Made by a program: the position numbers and the translations under genes
The notes under the pieces: model-generated
Seen by the model: the letters and a program-made list of their open reading frames with translations, nothing else
What the model was told of the DNA's origin: nothing
The model's database searches: none
In this document: positions 50,750 through 64,000 of the stretch, piece after piece
Layout of the letters: every line of letters starts with the position of its first letter
Numbering within the stretch: the first letter of the stretch is position 1
Assembly (NCBI RefSeq): GCF_009914755.1
Contig: NC_060927.1
DNA length: 64,000 nt
Direction: 5' to 3' (one strand)
Origin: the human T2T-CHM13v2.0 reference genome, Homo sapiens

Positions 50750-51606
50750 ATGTTATCTGCAATCCCTCTTTGATGCTCTGGCATGTTGCTAATGTTGTTG
50801 GCTACAACTAGAGTACATTTCCCGGTGCCTCTACCAGTTAGTTGGGACCTCTGACTGAGTCCTGGCCAATGGAATGTGGGTAGAAGTGATAGATGCCTCA
50901 TCTAAACCTGGCCCCTAAAAAACCTCCATGTGATTGCTATAATTTGGATGCTTACACTCCCCACCCCCAAATCTCATGTTGAAATTCGATCTCCAGTTTT
51001 GGAGGTGAGGCCTAATGGAAAGTGTTTAGGTCATATGGGCAGATCCCTCATCAATGGCTTGGTGCAATCCTCATGGTAATGAGTGCATTCTTACTCTGTC
51101 AGTTCTCATGAAAGCTGGTTGTTAAAAAGAGCCTGGCACCTCCTCCACCCTCTCTCTTGCTCCGTCTCTCACTGTGTGATCTCTGGACATGCCAGCTCCC
51201 TTTCACCTTCTGCCATGAGTGAAAGTAGCCTGTGGCCATAGCTGGATACAAATGCCCAATCTTAAACTTTTCCAAACATCAGAATCATGAGCCAAATAAA
51301 CAGTTTTCTTTATAAATTACTTCTTTATAGCAACACAAACTAAGGCAGTGATCCTCCATGTATTTACTTTTCTGTTGTACCAGCTGGATACAGATGACTT
51401 AATGAAGGACTCTGGGGCTCTAGGAGTGAGTGATAGAACTCACAGACAAAAGAAGCTTGGTTTCCCGAATGACTTTGTGGAAGCAGAGTTTTCTCCACCA
51501 ATCCTGACCATCAGATTATAATGGGAATAAGAAATAAATCTTCATTGTTTAACCTGCTAAAAATTTGGGATATTTATTATTGTAGTTGGCAAACCCTGAG
51601 TAATCA
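50750..51606 (+). mobile_element. MaLR LTR, MLT1I/J-like, split by an MST LTR
   Basis: CTGGCCAATGGAATGTGGGTAGAAGTGAT ... GAAATAAATCTTCATTGTTTAA. The two halves rejoin at GTGAT. Confidence 0.7.
50935..51347 (+). mobile_element. MaLR solo LTR, MSTB-like
   Basis: TGCTAT...AAGGCA termini; perfect 5-bp TSD GTGAT at 50930-50934 and 51348-51352. Confidence 0.9.
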
Positions 51607-52189
51607 CCTACTATTTTTTCGTTACTGGTGATTTTCTTTGTACCACCTGTGTCTATTCCTCAACTCTAGCATTCTGAGTTATGAAATCATTTATGTATTT
51701 AACATTTATTGGGTGCCATCCACTATTCTAGGAACGGGGGACACAACAGTAAATAAAAAGCAATCCCTCCTCTCATGAAACTTACATTGTGTATGGCCAT
51801 TTATTTGCCGTGATAGAACTTATTGTTTAATGAACAGTGAACAGATTTATCAGTCAATGAGGTAAGATCTTTCCTTTTCTTTTCCATTATAGTTATTTTC
51901 TTCTCTCTAGTATCCTTTACCCTTAGCTACTTTTAATTTACATGGAAAGGTTAATTTCAGAATAGTCAGACTGTTTCCCCCGTTTTATTACACTGAGGTT
52001 GAATCCGCTTCAAATGTACCTCCATTTACTTCTTTTCTATTCTCGTAATCATGCGATCTCTGAATTTTACCTTGTTTTTTATTTCTTTAAATTTTTGTTT
52101 TTGTTTTGGTCTTTGCTGTGGTCTTGACACAATTCCATTGGCTTTGACTGTCCTGTATGCTAATTTTATTTATTTATTTATTTCCCATT

Positions 52190-53178
52190 TAAGTAGACTA
52201 TTTTTTTAGAGCAGTTTTGAGTTCACAGAAAAACTGAAAGAAAGGTACAGAGCTATCCCATATGCCTACTGATCACATGCATGCATAGCCTCCCCCATTA
52301 TCAACACCCCGAGTCAGTGGTACATTTGTTAACACTTGATGAGCCTACATTGACACATCATTATCACGCAAGGTCCATGGTTTACATTTGGTTCACTCTT
52401 GGTGTTGTACATTCCATGAGTTTGACCAATGTATAATGGCATGTATCTATCATTATAGCATCATATAGAATAGTTTCACTGCCCTAAAAATCCTCTGTGC
52501 CTTGCCTGTTCATCCCTCCTTCCCCCTACTCCTTGGCAACTAAGATCTTTTTACTCTCTCCACAGTTTTGCCTTTTCCAGAATGTCATATAGTTGGAATC
52601 ATACAGTATTAGCCTTTTCTGATTGGCTTCTTTTACTTTGTAATATGCATCTAAGATTCTTCCAGGTCTTTTCATGGCTTGAAAGCTGATTTCTTTTTAG
52701 TGCTGAATGATATTTAATTGTACAGATATACCACAATTGATCCATTCACATACTGAAAGACAGCTCGATTGCATATATGTTTTGAAAACTATGAACAAAG
52801 CTGCTATAAATATCCATGTGCAGATTTTTGCATGGACATCTATTTTTAATTCCTTTGAGTAAATACTAAGGAGTGGAATTATTGAATAATAATGGTAAGA
52901 GTATGTTTAGTTTTGTAAGAAACCACCAAACTGTCTCCTAAAGTGGCTGTACATACAGCATGAAAGCTCCTGTTTCTCCGCATCCTCACTAGCACTTGGT
53001 GTTTTCAGTGTTTTTGGATTTTGGCCATGCTTATAGATGTGTAGCTGTATCTCTTTGTTTTAATTTGCATTTATTTAATGACGTGATGTGGAGCGTCTTT
53101 TCATATGCTAATTTGCCATTTATATATTTTCTTTGGTGAAGTGTCTGTTCAGGTCTTTCGCTCATTTTAAAATCAGGG
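52190..53178 (-). mobile_element. L1MC1/2-like 3' region
   Basis: TTTTAGAGCAGTTTTGAGTTCACAG; TACATTGACACATCATTATCAC; CCAGAATGTCATATAGTTGGAATCATACAG. Confidence 0.85.
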
Positions 53179-54048
53179 TGTGCTAAGGGATAGACACAGG
53201 TAGTGTGAGAATAATGTCTCTGGAAGGGTTGTTTGGGGAGACATATGAGTGATAAGCCCACTACTTTTCCTTTAATTGACATGGTGCACACACTTAAGCC
53301 AAGCTTACCTTTCTCCCTCCTTGAGCAAAGTGGAGTCAGTCAGTCTCTATGACATCCTCTTAGCCCTAAATCAAGCCAAACTGAAGACTTTTCAGTAAAG
53401 TGACCCATTAAGTTCTCTTGTCGAAGTCAGTCTGGAAAGATAATGAGAGTGCCCATCTCTTTTAACTATACCCTGCTATGTTGCTTCTCTTTGGTTAGGA
53501 AGACACAGGACGTGTTCAGGAGAAATAACCCTTGGGGGAAACTGCATGGTTGTAAAGCCTTCACTCAGTCACCCAGATGCATTATCTATATAATATCAGT
53601 AATATATATATATATATTACTAATATATATAATAGTAACATAACTGGCAATATAAGAACCAATAACCAATTCTAACCAGGTCGTCGTTCTGTCACTCACT
53701 AGCTATGCAGCTGGGGTCAGGCTCTTTCCCTCTAATGCTCTCAGTTTCTTCCTGCAAAATAAATATTCTTAACACTGTAGGGCCAAGATCATGGCCTGTC
53801 TTAGATTATGAAACTTTTCTGAATATCTGCGCTGGAAGTTTTTCTTGAGAGCTAATTCATAACTTTCCTGAGTCAAATTTGGGGCTTGTGATTTCGGACT
53901 TAAACTTTAGCATATGGACTCTTTATTGCCTGTCTCTATGCTGCCCACCAGCTTTCTGTATCTCAACACATGTTTTAGCGATTTATAGACAATATCAGAG
54001 TTCCACTGTCTCCCATCTAATGTTGAATATGTTCTTAAAAAAAATTAT

Positions 54049-54337
54049 TGGCTGGGCTTGGTGGCTCACGCCTATAATCCCAGCACTTTGGGTGGCCAAG
54101 GTGGGATCACTCAAGGTCACGAGTTTGAGACCATCATGGCCAACATAGTGAAACCCCGTTTCTACTAAAAATGCAAAAATTATCCGAGCGTGGTAGTGCA
54201 TGCTTGTAATCCCACCTACTCAGGAGGCTGAGGTGGGAGAATCGCTTGAACTCGGGAGGTGGAGGTTACAGTGAGCTGAGATCATGCCCCTGCACTGTAT
54301 ACTGGGTGACAGAGTAAGACACTGTCTGAAAAAAAAA
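54049..54337 (+). mobile_element. AluS
   Basis: Full dimer; GGCCAACATAGTGAAACCCCG; A-tail. Confidence 0.94.
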
Positions 54338-57099
54338 TTCCTTAATTATTTTCTTTTAAAGTTTTATTAGGGTAAGTTTTCTGGGGGAGCGGGTCCTAGG
54401 AAAAGCCAGAGTGCCTGGGCGGCAGGCAAAGACCAGTTCTGTCCTGAGTGGAAGAGGCCTCCGACTGACCTGTTTATAGCACACAGAAAAAAATGTGAAG
54501 TTGAAATCTCAGATAGGAGAGCTCCAAATTTCCAGAATATTTGGGAAAGAGTAGGTTTTCTTCAAGGTCCAAAAATCTTGACAAGAGCTCAGATGAATGC
54601 TGTGTCAATCTTCACCCCTCTCATAATGAGCAGCCCAGGGTGAACACTTCTGGGAAAATGAAACCCTATGTCTTAGGAGAATATGCTCAATATGATGCAA
54701 ATGCAGTTCTAATCAGAATCACTGCTTGCTGAGCTGACAGTGTATCTCATGCATTGGGTTAGGGTTTTGCTGCTGAATTCTTCACCCAGATACAGTTGAT
54801 CCAGTCAAATACAGAAAAGTGGGTATTTTATTTGGAATTCTATAACCTTCCAAAAGGGGATAGATCTATGAAGAATCACTCTAAATTTTTCTTTTTTTCT
54901 GGAAGCTCCTACTTATTACTGACTATAAACCTTATAGGGGGACATATAGGGGAGAAAGGAGAAGGAGAGGGAGGTAGGAAAGGAGAGAGAGAGAGAGGGA
55001 GAAAGAGAGAGAAAATGAACATAAAACAGCACACTCACTTATCGAGAGGTTTGGACCATGGCTGATTTGAAATATTACTAACCTTGCATTTTCAAATTTG
55101 ATGCACAACAACCAAGATGCTAATACTTTCCTTAGTTTAGAAAAAAAATTCTTTTACCCATCTCTTCTAGCTGAAGATTAGGAGAGAGGCTTTAAGAAGA
55201 TTTAAAAAAAAAAAATCCAACTTCTGAGCAGCGGAAAAAATGGTTTGTGATTCAGGGGCTTCGGGCAATTCATCATGGAAATTGGGTTTCTTAGCAGACA
55301 TCGTGTGAATCCTTTCGTCCCTGTCAACTTTTTAATACATTACATTGAGAATGTAAATCGTGTTGGTGAGGGGGAGCAAAGAAAAAAAGGGAGCGAGAGA
55401 AAAGAGAAAGCTTCTTCATTTTGGATTTAGAAGGGAGGAAGCATGAGGCCTGTAGTTCATATTAACTAAATAATGAAAAAACTGTATAAATACATAGATA
55501 TGCAGGTATATCTCGGAAGGAAGTGGGGAGAAGTGAGTGAGACAGTAAAATTGAAATCATTTTATCCTTTCGAAGGGTCTTTAGTGGTTACTCCTTTTAA
55601 TTTATTTTTATTTCCTTCAGTTTTTATGCTTTCACTTTTATTTCGTTAGCTATATGAATCAACTTACCTCTCCCTCCGCCGAAAAAGCAGAGAACAAAGA
55701 CTTGAGGTCAGAGTTTCCAAGACTGAGCAAATGAGAAAAGAGGAACAAATCTAATGCCTCCTTAATAGGGACTATTGGTAGGAGGGCTGGAGTTCTAGCC
55801 CGTTTCTGTCACCATCAGGGTTGGGCAGAGCCCCTGGCTGGCCTCCTCGCTACCCAAATGCTGCCCAACATCATTCATTGCTTATTCTGAAAGTGTTTCA
55901 TTTGCTCTAACTTCATGGCTCACATCCACTCAGGACTGTTGGGGATATTGCTTACTGGTTCTGTAGAGTGTTCTTCTGCCTATCTTTCCCTTAGCATAAG
56001 TTTGGCCCCCATATGGGTTTCTTACCCAAATTCATTACAGAATTCCTTTTGCATTCCCCTTTTTAGACCGTGTCTCTCTGGTTTTCTGGAGACTGGAGAG
56101 TTTCAGCCCAATGAATTTCATCAATGAAATGCAAGGGTTCAGCTGCACTGGGCATCACCAGAGCCAGGAAGGATAGGTCTTCTAGGGCCATTTTCCTGTT
56201 GTTGTTTCTGACAAAGGGGAAAGATATGAGCAGGAGGTGAAATCTGATTCTGTAACTTCTTTCTTCCCATGCCCCCAGCACTCAATTCAGTCTCATGCAC
56301 ACAGGCAATCATGCATTGTCTATCCAGCAGTCTAGTCTGCTTTTGAAATGGAGTTGGAGTCTGCCTTCCTATTGATTTTGTTCCGTACAATTAGGTAGCC
56401 AAGTGGGGCAGGGGCCTGGAATCTTGCTTTGGCTTTAGGCCTCACTTATTTTCGACCAATATTCCTTTTCCTCTTGTTACTGAAGAAAAAGCCAAAAAAT
56501 CAAAATAAAAAAAGCTTCTTCCTAGAAATTGATGAAGAATCCTATGGAAAAATATATCAGAAAGTTGTGGAAAAGAGGGAGAGGTGCCACCTCCTTTGTG
56601 ATGTTCAGAGGTCATAATGGAATAAAATGGAGACTGAATCCATTCTTACCCAAGTGGAAAATTGACTGATTGAATTTACTTAAAAAATTAATAAAAATGT
56701 ATTTTTATCAATGTAATATAGTTAAATATTACTAATTATTGAAAAAATATCCCCCAGCTCCTTTACCCTTGAAGATGTTTCTTCTGTTATTTTCCTCCGC
56801 ACATGTAAACACCGTGGTTATTCTCTTCTTTTTTCATTGATCCATTTCACACCGTATCCACTCACTTCTGTTGTGGTAGTTAGACTTAGCTCTCTTCACT
56901 TGCTCCCTATGTCACTACTCCTCACCCTTCCAAAATAGTTATATCATAATAGTCGGTGTTGACATTTTGATGAATCTGCAGATATTGTTCACAGCTGAGT
57001 GCAGTAGGGTATGGGTACCATTGCTACATTTGCTTTCTCCTGCAACATTTTGTTTTTCTTAATAACTGTATCTAACCTTTTCAAACAGAGTAGGTATAT

Positions 57100-59047
57100 A
57101 GCAATTCCTCAGTCCTGTATTGTGCTCTCTCAGGATTAATTGCTCCCAGCCTGCTGAAGGAGATTATTCCGGAATTTCCTTTTCCTTTACTTCTGAGCTG
57201 AGTCCCCTCTTCCCTAGATCCCCATGCCTTTCTTTTTTGGTTTTATGTTTTGGTTGATTCCTGCATGTAGCCGAAACATGTCCTCTATTAGCTTCTTAAG
57301 TTGCGGGAGGGAGGTGTAAATAGAAACAATTTTGGACTCTGATATCTTTATTTTACCCTTATGATTAGTTCATGCACTCCCACGCACGATTGATGGTTTG
57401 GTTATTTACAGAATTCTAGGTTGAAAACCTTTTCCCTCAGATGTTTGAAAACATTGCCCACTTTTCTCTAGCATTCAGGTTTGTTGTTGGAAACTAGAAT
57501 GTTGTTTGGATTTTTATTTCTTTCAGTGTGATATTGTTTTTTAATTTCCCTGGAATATTATAGTATGTTCTATTTAACCCCAAATTCTAAAATACGATGA
57601 CATGTGCTTTTCATTCTTGAATTGTGCTGGTCAGTGGACCTTTGTAATCTGGAAACTCAAATTTTCATATAGTTTTTCTGAGAATATCTTCTATTTTCAT
57701 TTTGCTCTATCTGGATATCCTAGATTAATTCTCTAACTTTCTTATTCATTTTCTCTTACTGTTCTTTATTTTTTGCTCTATTTTTGGAGAGTTTCTTGAC
57801 TTTACATATATTAATTTTGCTATCATATATTTTTGTTATCATATATTTTCTGTGTTTTTTTCCCCCCAAAATCTTTCTAGTTCTTTGTTCCTTTTTCATT
57901 GGATAACTTTATTGTAGATAATAACTTCCATCCCTCTCTTTTTTCGGTATAAATTTAGGGGGTACAAGTGCAGTTTTGTTACATGTATATATTTTGTAGT
58001 GGTGAAATCTGGGCTTTTAGTGTAACCACCACACAAATAGGGTACACTGAACCCATTTGGTAATTTCTCTTTCCTCACCCTCACTTCCACCCTCCTGCCC
58101 TCTCACCCAACTTCTATATCCCTGAGATTATTTTCTTCAAGTTTTCTTCTGCGCGAGTGCTTTTGTTTTGGTTTTCCTTGAGTTTTCCCCCACTTTTCTT
58201 TTTTGTTTTCTTGGTGTTTCTGTTTTGGGTTGGAACAAAGAACTAAGGCCAATTAGAAACCCTGTGGGGGTAGGGGTAAGGCTTCCCTACTGGTTGTCCT
58301 CACTGTGGTTGAATCAGAAGAGCAGGCAACCACCTTATGGGAGAGCTTCCAAACAGTAATTAGTGGAACTCTTTCTGGGGTTAATTTCCCCTAGAGAATG
58401 ATCTTCCTATTCTTCACCAGGACATGTGTATTTTTGGCTGCCTTTTCCTCAGAATGAAGTAAGGGAAGGGTGGGGGTGCTCCATAGTTCAGTATCTAGGC
58501 CTCCATTAATCCCCTGTTTTCAGCTTCACACCCAATCCCCACCCTCTGAGCTGAAGACTCTCAGCTTATCTTCTCCAGAGAATAAATCTTCTATCTTCTG
58601 CAGAGGTAAGGGGATGGGGACAGTTTGGCTGCTTGGGGTGGGCACGGGGGACTGGAGGATTCAACTGCTCCTTATATAGATCTTTGACAACTCCCACAGT
58701 TTTCAGCCCCACGTCTCAGCCCTGCTTCCAAAGTATTGGGTGCTTCCAAGGTCTACGTCCCTTCATCTGACTGCAGGACAAATGGTTTGCTTCTCATTGG
58801 TGTAGCTCCCCTGCAGGCAGAAAGCTTTTACTTTTTCTGCTCTCCTAGGGCAATTACCACTCATTCATCTGCTTTCCATCCTCTGAAACCTGTTGACACT
58901 GTTTTCTGCCTTCTTCTACCTTCCTATTCTTCTGGTCTTTGTTGGTGGATTTTTTTTTTTTTTAAATTCCTTTACTGTCATTTAGATGAGGCTGGGGGAG
59001 GGAGGAGATCAGTGTGGGTGGTTAATCCACCATGTTTGACCAAAGTC
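57100..59047 (-). mobile_element. HAL1 / old L1M 5' fossil, second copy
   Basis: TTTCCCTCAGATGTTTGAAACATTGCCCAC; CTCCAGAGAATAAATCTT; TTTTCAGCCCCAC; ends CCACCATGTTTGACCAAAGTC. Collinear with 7570-12686. Confidence 0.6.
57938..58105 (-). mobile_element. L1PB/L1MA-type 3' end fragment
   Basis: GGTACAAGTGCAGTTTTGTTACATG...GGTGAAATCTGGGCTTTTAGTGTAACC. Confidence 0.8.
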
Positions 59048-61179
59048 AAATATGTGTAAGATTCTGGCTCATTTTCTCTTAGGTTGCTGCAGTTTGTTTC
59101 TGACCAGGCTGGTGGTGAGGGTCCTAGTGGCTGGCATCAAGGTAGGCCTCAGTTTCACACACTGTCCCAGTGCTCTGAGCCCAGAGAGCCTCCAGGAGAG
59201 AAGATTTGGAGCAAGCCAGGGTCCCCTGGTGATCCAGCCTCCTCTGCTGTTTATGAAGCCTCGGTGTCAAGATCTAAGGCCAAGACCACCTGGAAGACTA
59301 TTTGGGGGCTCAGCTGAAGAGCTTTGCAGAAATGGGCTATTTCAGGACTTGTTTTCTTTCTCATTGGTAGGATTGCTGCACAACCCAGGCCCAGCCCAGC
59401 TGAAATTAAAAACCACCACCACCACCACCAACTCTTTGTCCTCCACACCCCAACATTAGAGACCTTTGTATTCTGTACATATTGTTCAAGGCTTCACATG
59501 AAAAACTTTAAAACTCTCAGGAAGTTTTCAGGCAAAGAACATTTTAAACCTTACTCTGCTTTCCTGCCATCTTAACTGGGAAAGTGAATAGAGGAGAGAA
59601 AGAGTTCATGAAGGAGAAAAATAAGGGAAGAAGGGATTGTGGCAGCTCCCAGCAGCAGCCATCCAGAGTAGCATCTTGATTTCATAAGCCCCATTTCAGC
59701 ATAAATTATCTCATTTTTAGCTTGTCAATTTGGATAATCTTGGCCCCGGAATGGATTCAGGGGGTCTTAAATGATCTAGTTTGGCTCTTCATGGAGTCCG
59801 AATTTGCAGATAATTGCCAGAGCTCTTTTGGCTGTGTAAACTTGTTATCAATTGCCTTTTTAAAAGTCAGCACTAAAATAATCATTCCCGTGAGCAAAGC
59901 CCATTACAAACCTTAAATTCAGAAGCATAAACACATTTCAGTGCTAGGGAACAAATGTGTTAAGATTTCATCATTGCTACATCTGTGAGGGCTTATGAGA
60001 AGTCGGAGATGCATTAGGAGAGTCTCTGTGTGGCTAAGCCTCAGGCCTGAGCTGGAAGTTGACATAGTGGCTTCAGGTGGGGATCATATGCCTTCAGTAA
60101 GCCCTGAACAAGGGGTCACTGGGTATCTCTCATGTGCCTCACCCTGTGCAGCCAGTGGGCAGCAATCCCGGCCTCACGCATCACCACTCCTATCTCACCT
60201 CCTGCCTCAGTATTGACCCATGTCAGGTCCTTCCTTATGCCAGTCTGTCTCATCCTCTTTGGTAGGAACCCTTCATTTACAAAAGAAGAAGAAAAAAGAA
60301 CCTCAAGATCAGGCTGAGAAAGCAATCAGTGGGCGAGTAGAAAGTGGTGGCCAAATAGGCTGGAGCCTGTGTTCTGGCCTCCTGCCATTGATCTTGAGCA
60401 ACTCCATTGCTTTAGGCCTGAGTTTCCCAATCCCCCAAAAGAAGGGTATTAATACCTGTTTGCTGTCTTTCAGGGTTGTTTTAAAAATTCAACTTTAAAA
60501 TTGTAAAATTATTGTATAAATATAAAACTTATGCATAATACTTGTTATGTTAATATAAATGCAAGTTATTATTTCAAGACAGGCATGGGCTTAATCCCAG
60601 ATCAAAATTTAGTTTCTTGGGTCTTAAGGCTGCCTAGAATATGTATATCGCAAGCTTTTGAAGTCAACTTGTCTCATGCTAAAGTTTATGTCCATTTTTT
60701 TTTTTTTTTTAGCTTTCACTACTTGTGGGCAGTGGGTCTAATGTGATTTATAGAGCGTAAAGGCAGCCCGTATTATTTTCTGTAGGGTTGAGTGGGAGGA
60801 GTGAGGAGGTGGGAGCTCTGGTTTCTGTTAAGTTAGCTTTTATTTGCGCTAAACATGTTAAAGGGAATTTGCGCCACCTGCCACAGGTGAAAAGAGGAAT
60901 GTGGGGACAAGTTTGGTGTTTACAGGAGATTTTTCGGAAGATTTGCCCAGCTTGGTGGGATGTAACCGTCTCCTCCTCTCCCCACAAAATCTTCCGTAAA
61001 TGCTATATTGTTCATCAAGGCTTTCAGAGTAGGATCATGTTTGAGGAGGAGATATGACCGTGTACGGAGATGAGTCTATTGTAGGTAGGGCTTGATCAAG
61101 GATGATTCAAAGAAGTTCAACTACTTTCGGATTATATAAAGATCACTCAAGTGAGGAGGATCCTGGAGAATGGATTTAG

Positions 61180-61535
61180 AGTAGAAGAGGATCCGAGACT
61201 GGACATAAGAAAACCAGAATGGAGACTCCTGCAATTGTCCTGTGAACAGGCCTAAGGCAGTGACCCAGACAATAGAGAGAAGGAACAGAACTGAATGATA
61301 TCCAGGAAGCAGAATCAATAGAAGCTTGTTGCTAGCCAGATGGAAGAGTTAACGGAGAGGGAGGAATCAAGGACGTATACAGGTCTCTGGTTTAGGGAAC
61401 CCAGAAGACTGTGTCCTCCTATCCCAGAAAAATGGGGCAGTTCTAGGGATAGTCCTGTTTGGGATATGATGATTTTGAGATATCATATGAGACATTCAAG
61501 TGAGTACGTGCAGTAAGCAGTTGGACATATGGGAC
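61180..61535 (-). mobile_element. L2 fragment
   Basis: GGAGAGGGAGGAATCAAGGA; GAGACATTCAAGTGAG..GCAGTAAGCAGTTGGACATATGGG. Confidence 0.55.
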
Positions 61536-62974
61536 TGTGCTAGAGATACCCACTACCATTTCTTACCTGGATTATTGTACTAGCCTCCTAATGGGTCTAC
61601 TGCTTCTACCTCTGACTGCCCCCTGCTATCTGAATTATAAAAGAGTTTCTGCAACACTTTATGTTAGAAACAGCTTAAAATGTGCAGGTTGCTTGATTGG
61701 CAAAGGATGTAAATTTCAAGTAATACTTAGTCAGCAGCCACTGCTGGAAATACCTGACTATAGGAAAGATGTCTTTAGGAGTTGAGAAGATAGCTACTTT
61801 CATTGAAGAATAGTATGAGTTGTAGAGTTTTCCCATGTTAGTAGTGGATGTTTCCTCTTTGTCTTCTTCTGCCAAATGAAAGAAAAGGAAGAGCAAGAGG
61901 AAACTAAAGAGAAGATACTTTTCCATCCTTGTGATGGTTCCTTCTTACAGTTAATATGTATAATTAAGACCAGGATGCAGAGAAGTCCTCAGCAACAGTG
62001 GGGCCTGGCTCAGAGGGGCCTTTGATGCACACGATCCTGAATCCTCGGGAATGTTATCCAGGCCTTGATGAAAGTTGATTCCATGGTAAAATATAGGGTG
62101 AATTAGAAAGGGTTTGTGACAATACATCCTCTGCAGACATGACCACACTACTTATTCCTTAGGTGCAGCCACTTACCTGGTTTTACCTGAGGACCCCATG
62201 CTACGTATACCATGGGTTTGGTCCACCCCCAGTAGGAAGTATGTGAGCACCGTCAGGTTAGGCTAGAAATTATCTTTATGATCCTGTTGACCTGTGCTTG
62301 ATATTATTTCTGTCTGGCTACCTTGGTTCTGACTTGGTACCTGTTCTGATATCTGGGTTCTGCTTGCCACTCAACCTCTGTTGGACATATCTGGATCTCT
62401 GACTCAATCTTATTCCGCCCTCCAATTCTTCTCTAACCCTTCTCATCAAAGTGCCAAGGGTCAGACTCAGCTGTAGTTAATGGCAAAGATGACCCAGAAA
62501 TGCCCTGAAAGGCATTGGAATTGATTTCTTAAACATCTTCATCAGTGATCATTTACACCATTAGTATGTGCTGTATTTAGCTGTTTAATTTAATATGTGT
62601 AATTAAATAAAAAGGAAGAATGGAAAATTTGTAGCCAACTTCTCAAAGAGTTAGGAATACCTAAGGTGCCATCTTTCTTCATCAGATCTATTGAACCCTT
62701 TTGAGCCACTACAGCCACTGCTGTGGTCTGGCCAGTTGCCTTAACATAGCATAACCTATAAATTCATCATTCCTGCCTTCCTGCCTTGCACATGCAATTC
62801 TCCTTTGTGATCCAAGTGTCTGTTCCCACCTCTGCAAATTCAGATCTGACAGGTCTGGCTCAGGCTTTGTCTATGGGTATCTCCCTGACCATATTATAAT
62901 ACACTGCTTCCTCCTGGTTCCAAATTCCCATAGGAGATCAGTCTGTTTTATAAGCTCAATGTGCTAGGGTAGGG

Positions 62975-63205
62975 CTCTGTGGGAAAAGGAAAGGGCCTGG
63001 GTTGAATTTAGAATGACCTGGATTCAGATTCTGCCTCTAACGCTTACTAGTAGTGTGACTACAGACATGTTGCTTAAACCCTGTCTTCTCAACTGTGACC
63101 AGTGGATTATCACAGCACGTTTAACAAAAAGGTAATTGTTGCAAGGATCAAATGGGATAATCTATGCAAAGCAACCAGCAAGTGAATGGGCTCAGTAACT
63201 GTTTA
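62975..63205 (+). mobile_element. MIR
   Basis: GACCTGGATTCAGATTCTGCCTCT..CTTACTAG..GTGTGAC; AAGGATCAAATGGGATAATCTATGCAAAG. Confidence 0.7.
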
Positions 63206-64000
63206 AAAGCTCACAACAGTCTGAGTCACACGTTACACTCTGTTGATCCCAAGTTGCTTTGCGCATGCAAAGCTTGTATCTTCTCTGCCTTGAAAGTGCT
63301 AAGAAAATGCTTTTTAAATAAAATGAGGCTAAATGCTCCCCTCACTGCCACTTTCTCTGCCTTGCCACATAGGCACTTAACAGAACGTAAGTATTAACAC
63401 GCATTTACTGTTGAAAAACATTTTCTTAATTACACATTCTTAATTAACATTTCTTAATTACACTAATGATTCTTCATGCAAGACCCTGTGGGAGATGGGA
63501 AAAAGAATGTATTTTTCTAATTTTTCTGATGAAGAAACTGAGGTATCAATTAAGACTGTGCTCTTCAAATTATCACACAAAGGTGTAGTAAGTGTGGAAG
63601 AAGCACCAGTGTTCTGGTCCCCAGGCCATGTCTGATCCTCTTAGTTGCGCTGCCTCTCCAATTAACTTCTCTGTGTGCTCATCAGCTCTGGTCACCATGA
63701 TTCAGGAGACTTGAGCACTCACACTGTGGGGTTTTCAGATCTTGTAGACCTGCTCTGCACTGCCCTGGGGCAGGAACCCCACCATCTTGGTGGCCAACTG
63801 TATTACATTGGACAAGCTGTGGCCATCCTTGGGCAGGTTACAGAGAGCAGAGAAGGACAAGAAATGGAGGCACCACAGGACTGAGCCATAACCATGCCCT
63901 GACGAAGCTGCTGAAGACACACAGTCCCTTTTCTTGGAGGCTTTCCTTCCCTAATGCCACGGGCCCAACCTCCTCTACTGTCTTCTATTCTTCTTCCTCT

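Noticed and set aside
59324-59575. ORF containing HHHHHH
   Set aside because: An (ACC)6 microsatellite; other frames give TTTTTT or WWWWWW. No coding evidence and no vector context.

Overview
Non-coding, repeat-dense genomic DNA from a simian, most likely hominoid, primate. It is an intron or intergenic region, and I found no supportable host protein-coding exon, RNA gene or CpG island. The only long protein-like ORFs are disrupted LINE-1 ORF2 remnants in two young L1PA insertions (8819-12170 +, about 36956-38608 -) and low-complexity read-through of a C/T microsatellite. The window holds 14 Alu/FLAM copies, several MaLR/ERVL solo LTRs, hAT and TcMar DNA-transposon fossils, HAL1, old L1M, L2 and MIR pieces, often nested with readable target-site duplications (TSDs). 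I see no evidence of a novel biological system. The best leads are the two inverted L1s sharing non-consensus substitutions, a 3' splice acceptor abutting (TG)18, an L1 inserted into an Alu-tail-derived polypyrimidine array, a template-switch hairpin, and two half-Alus truncated at the same point. Subfamily names come from recalled consensus sequences, not from a search. Boundaries without a stated TSD are approximate.
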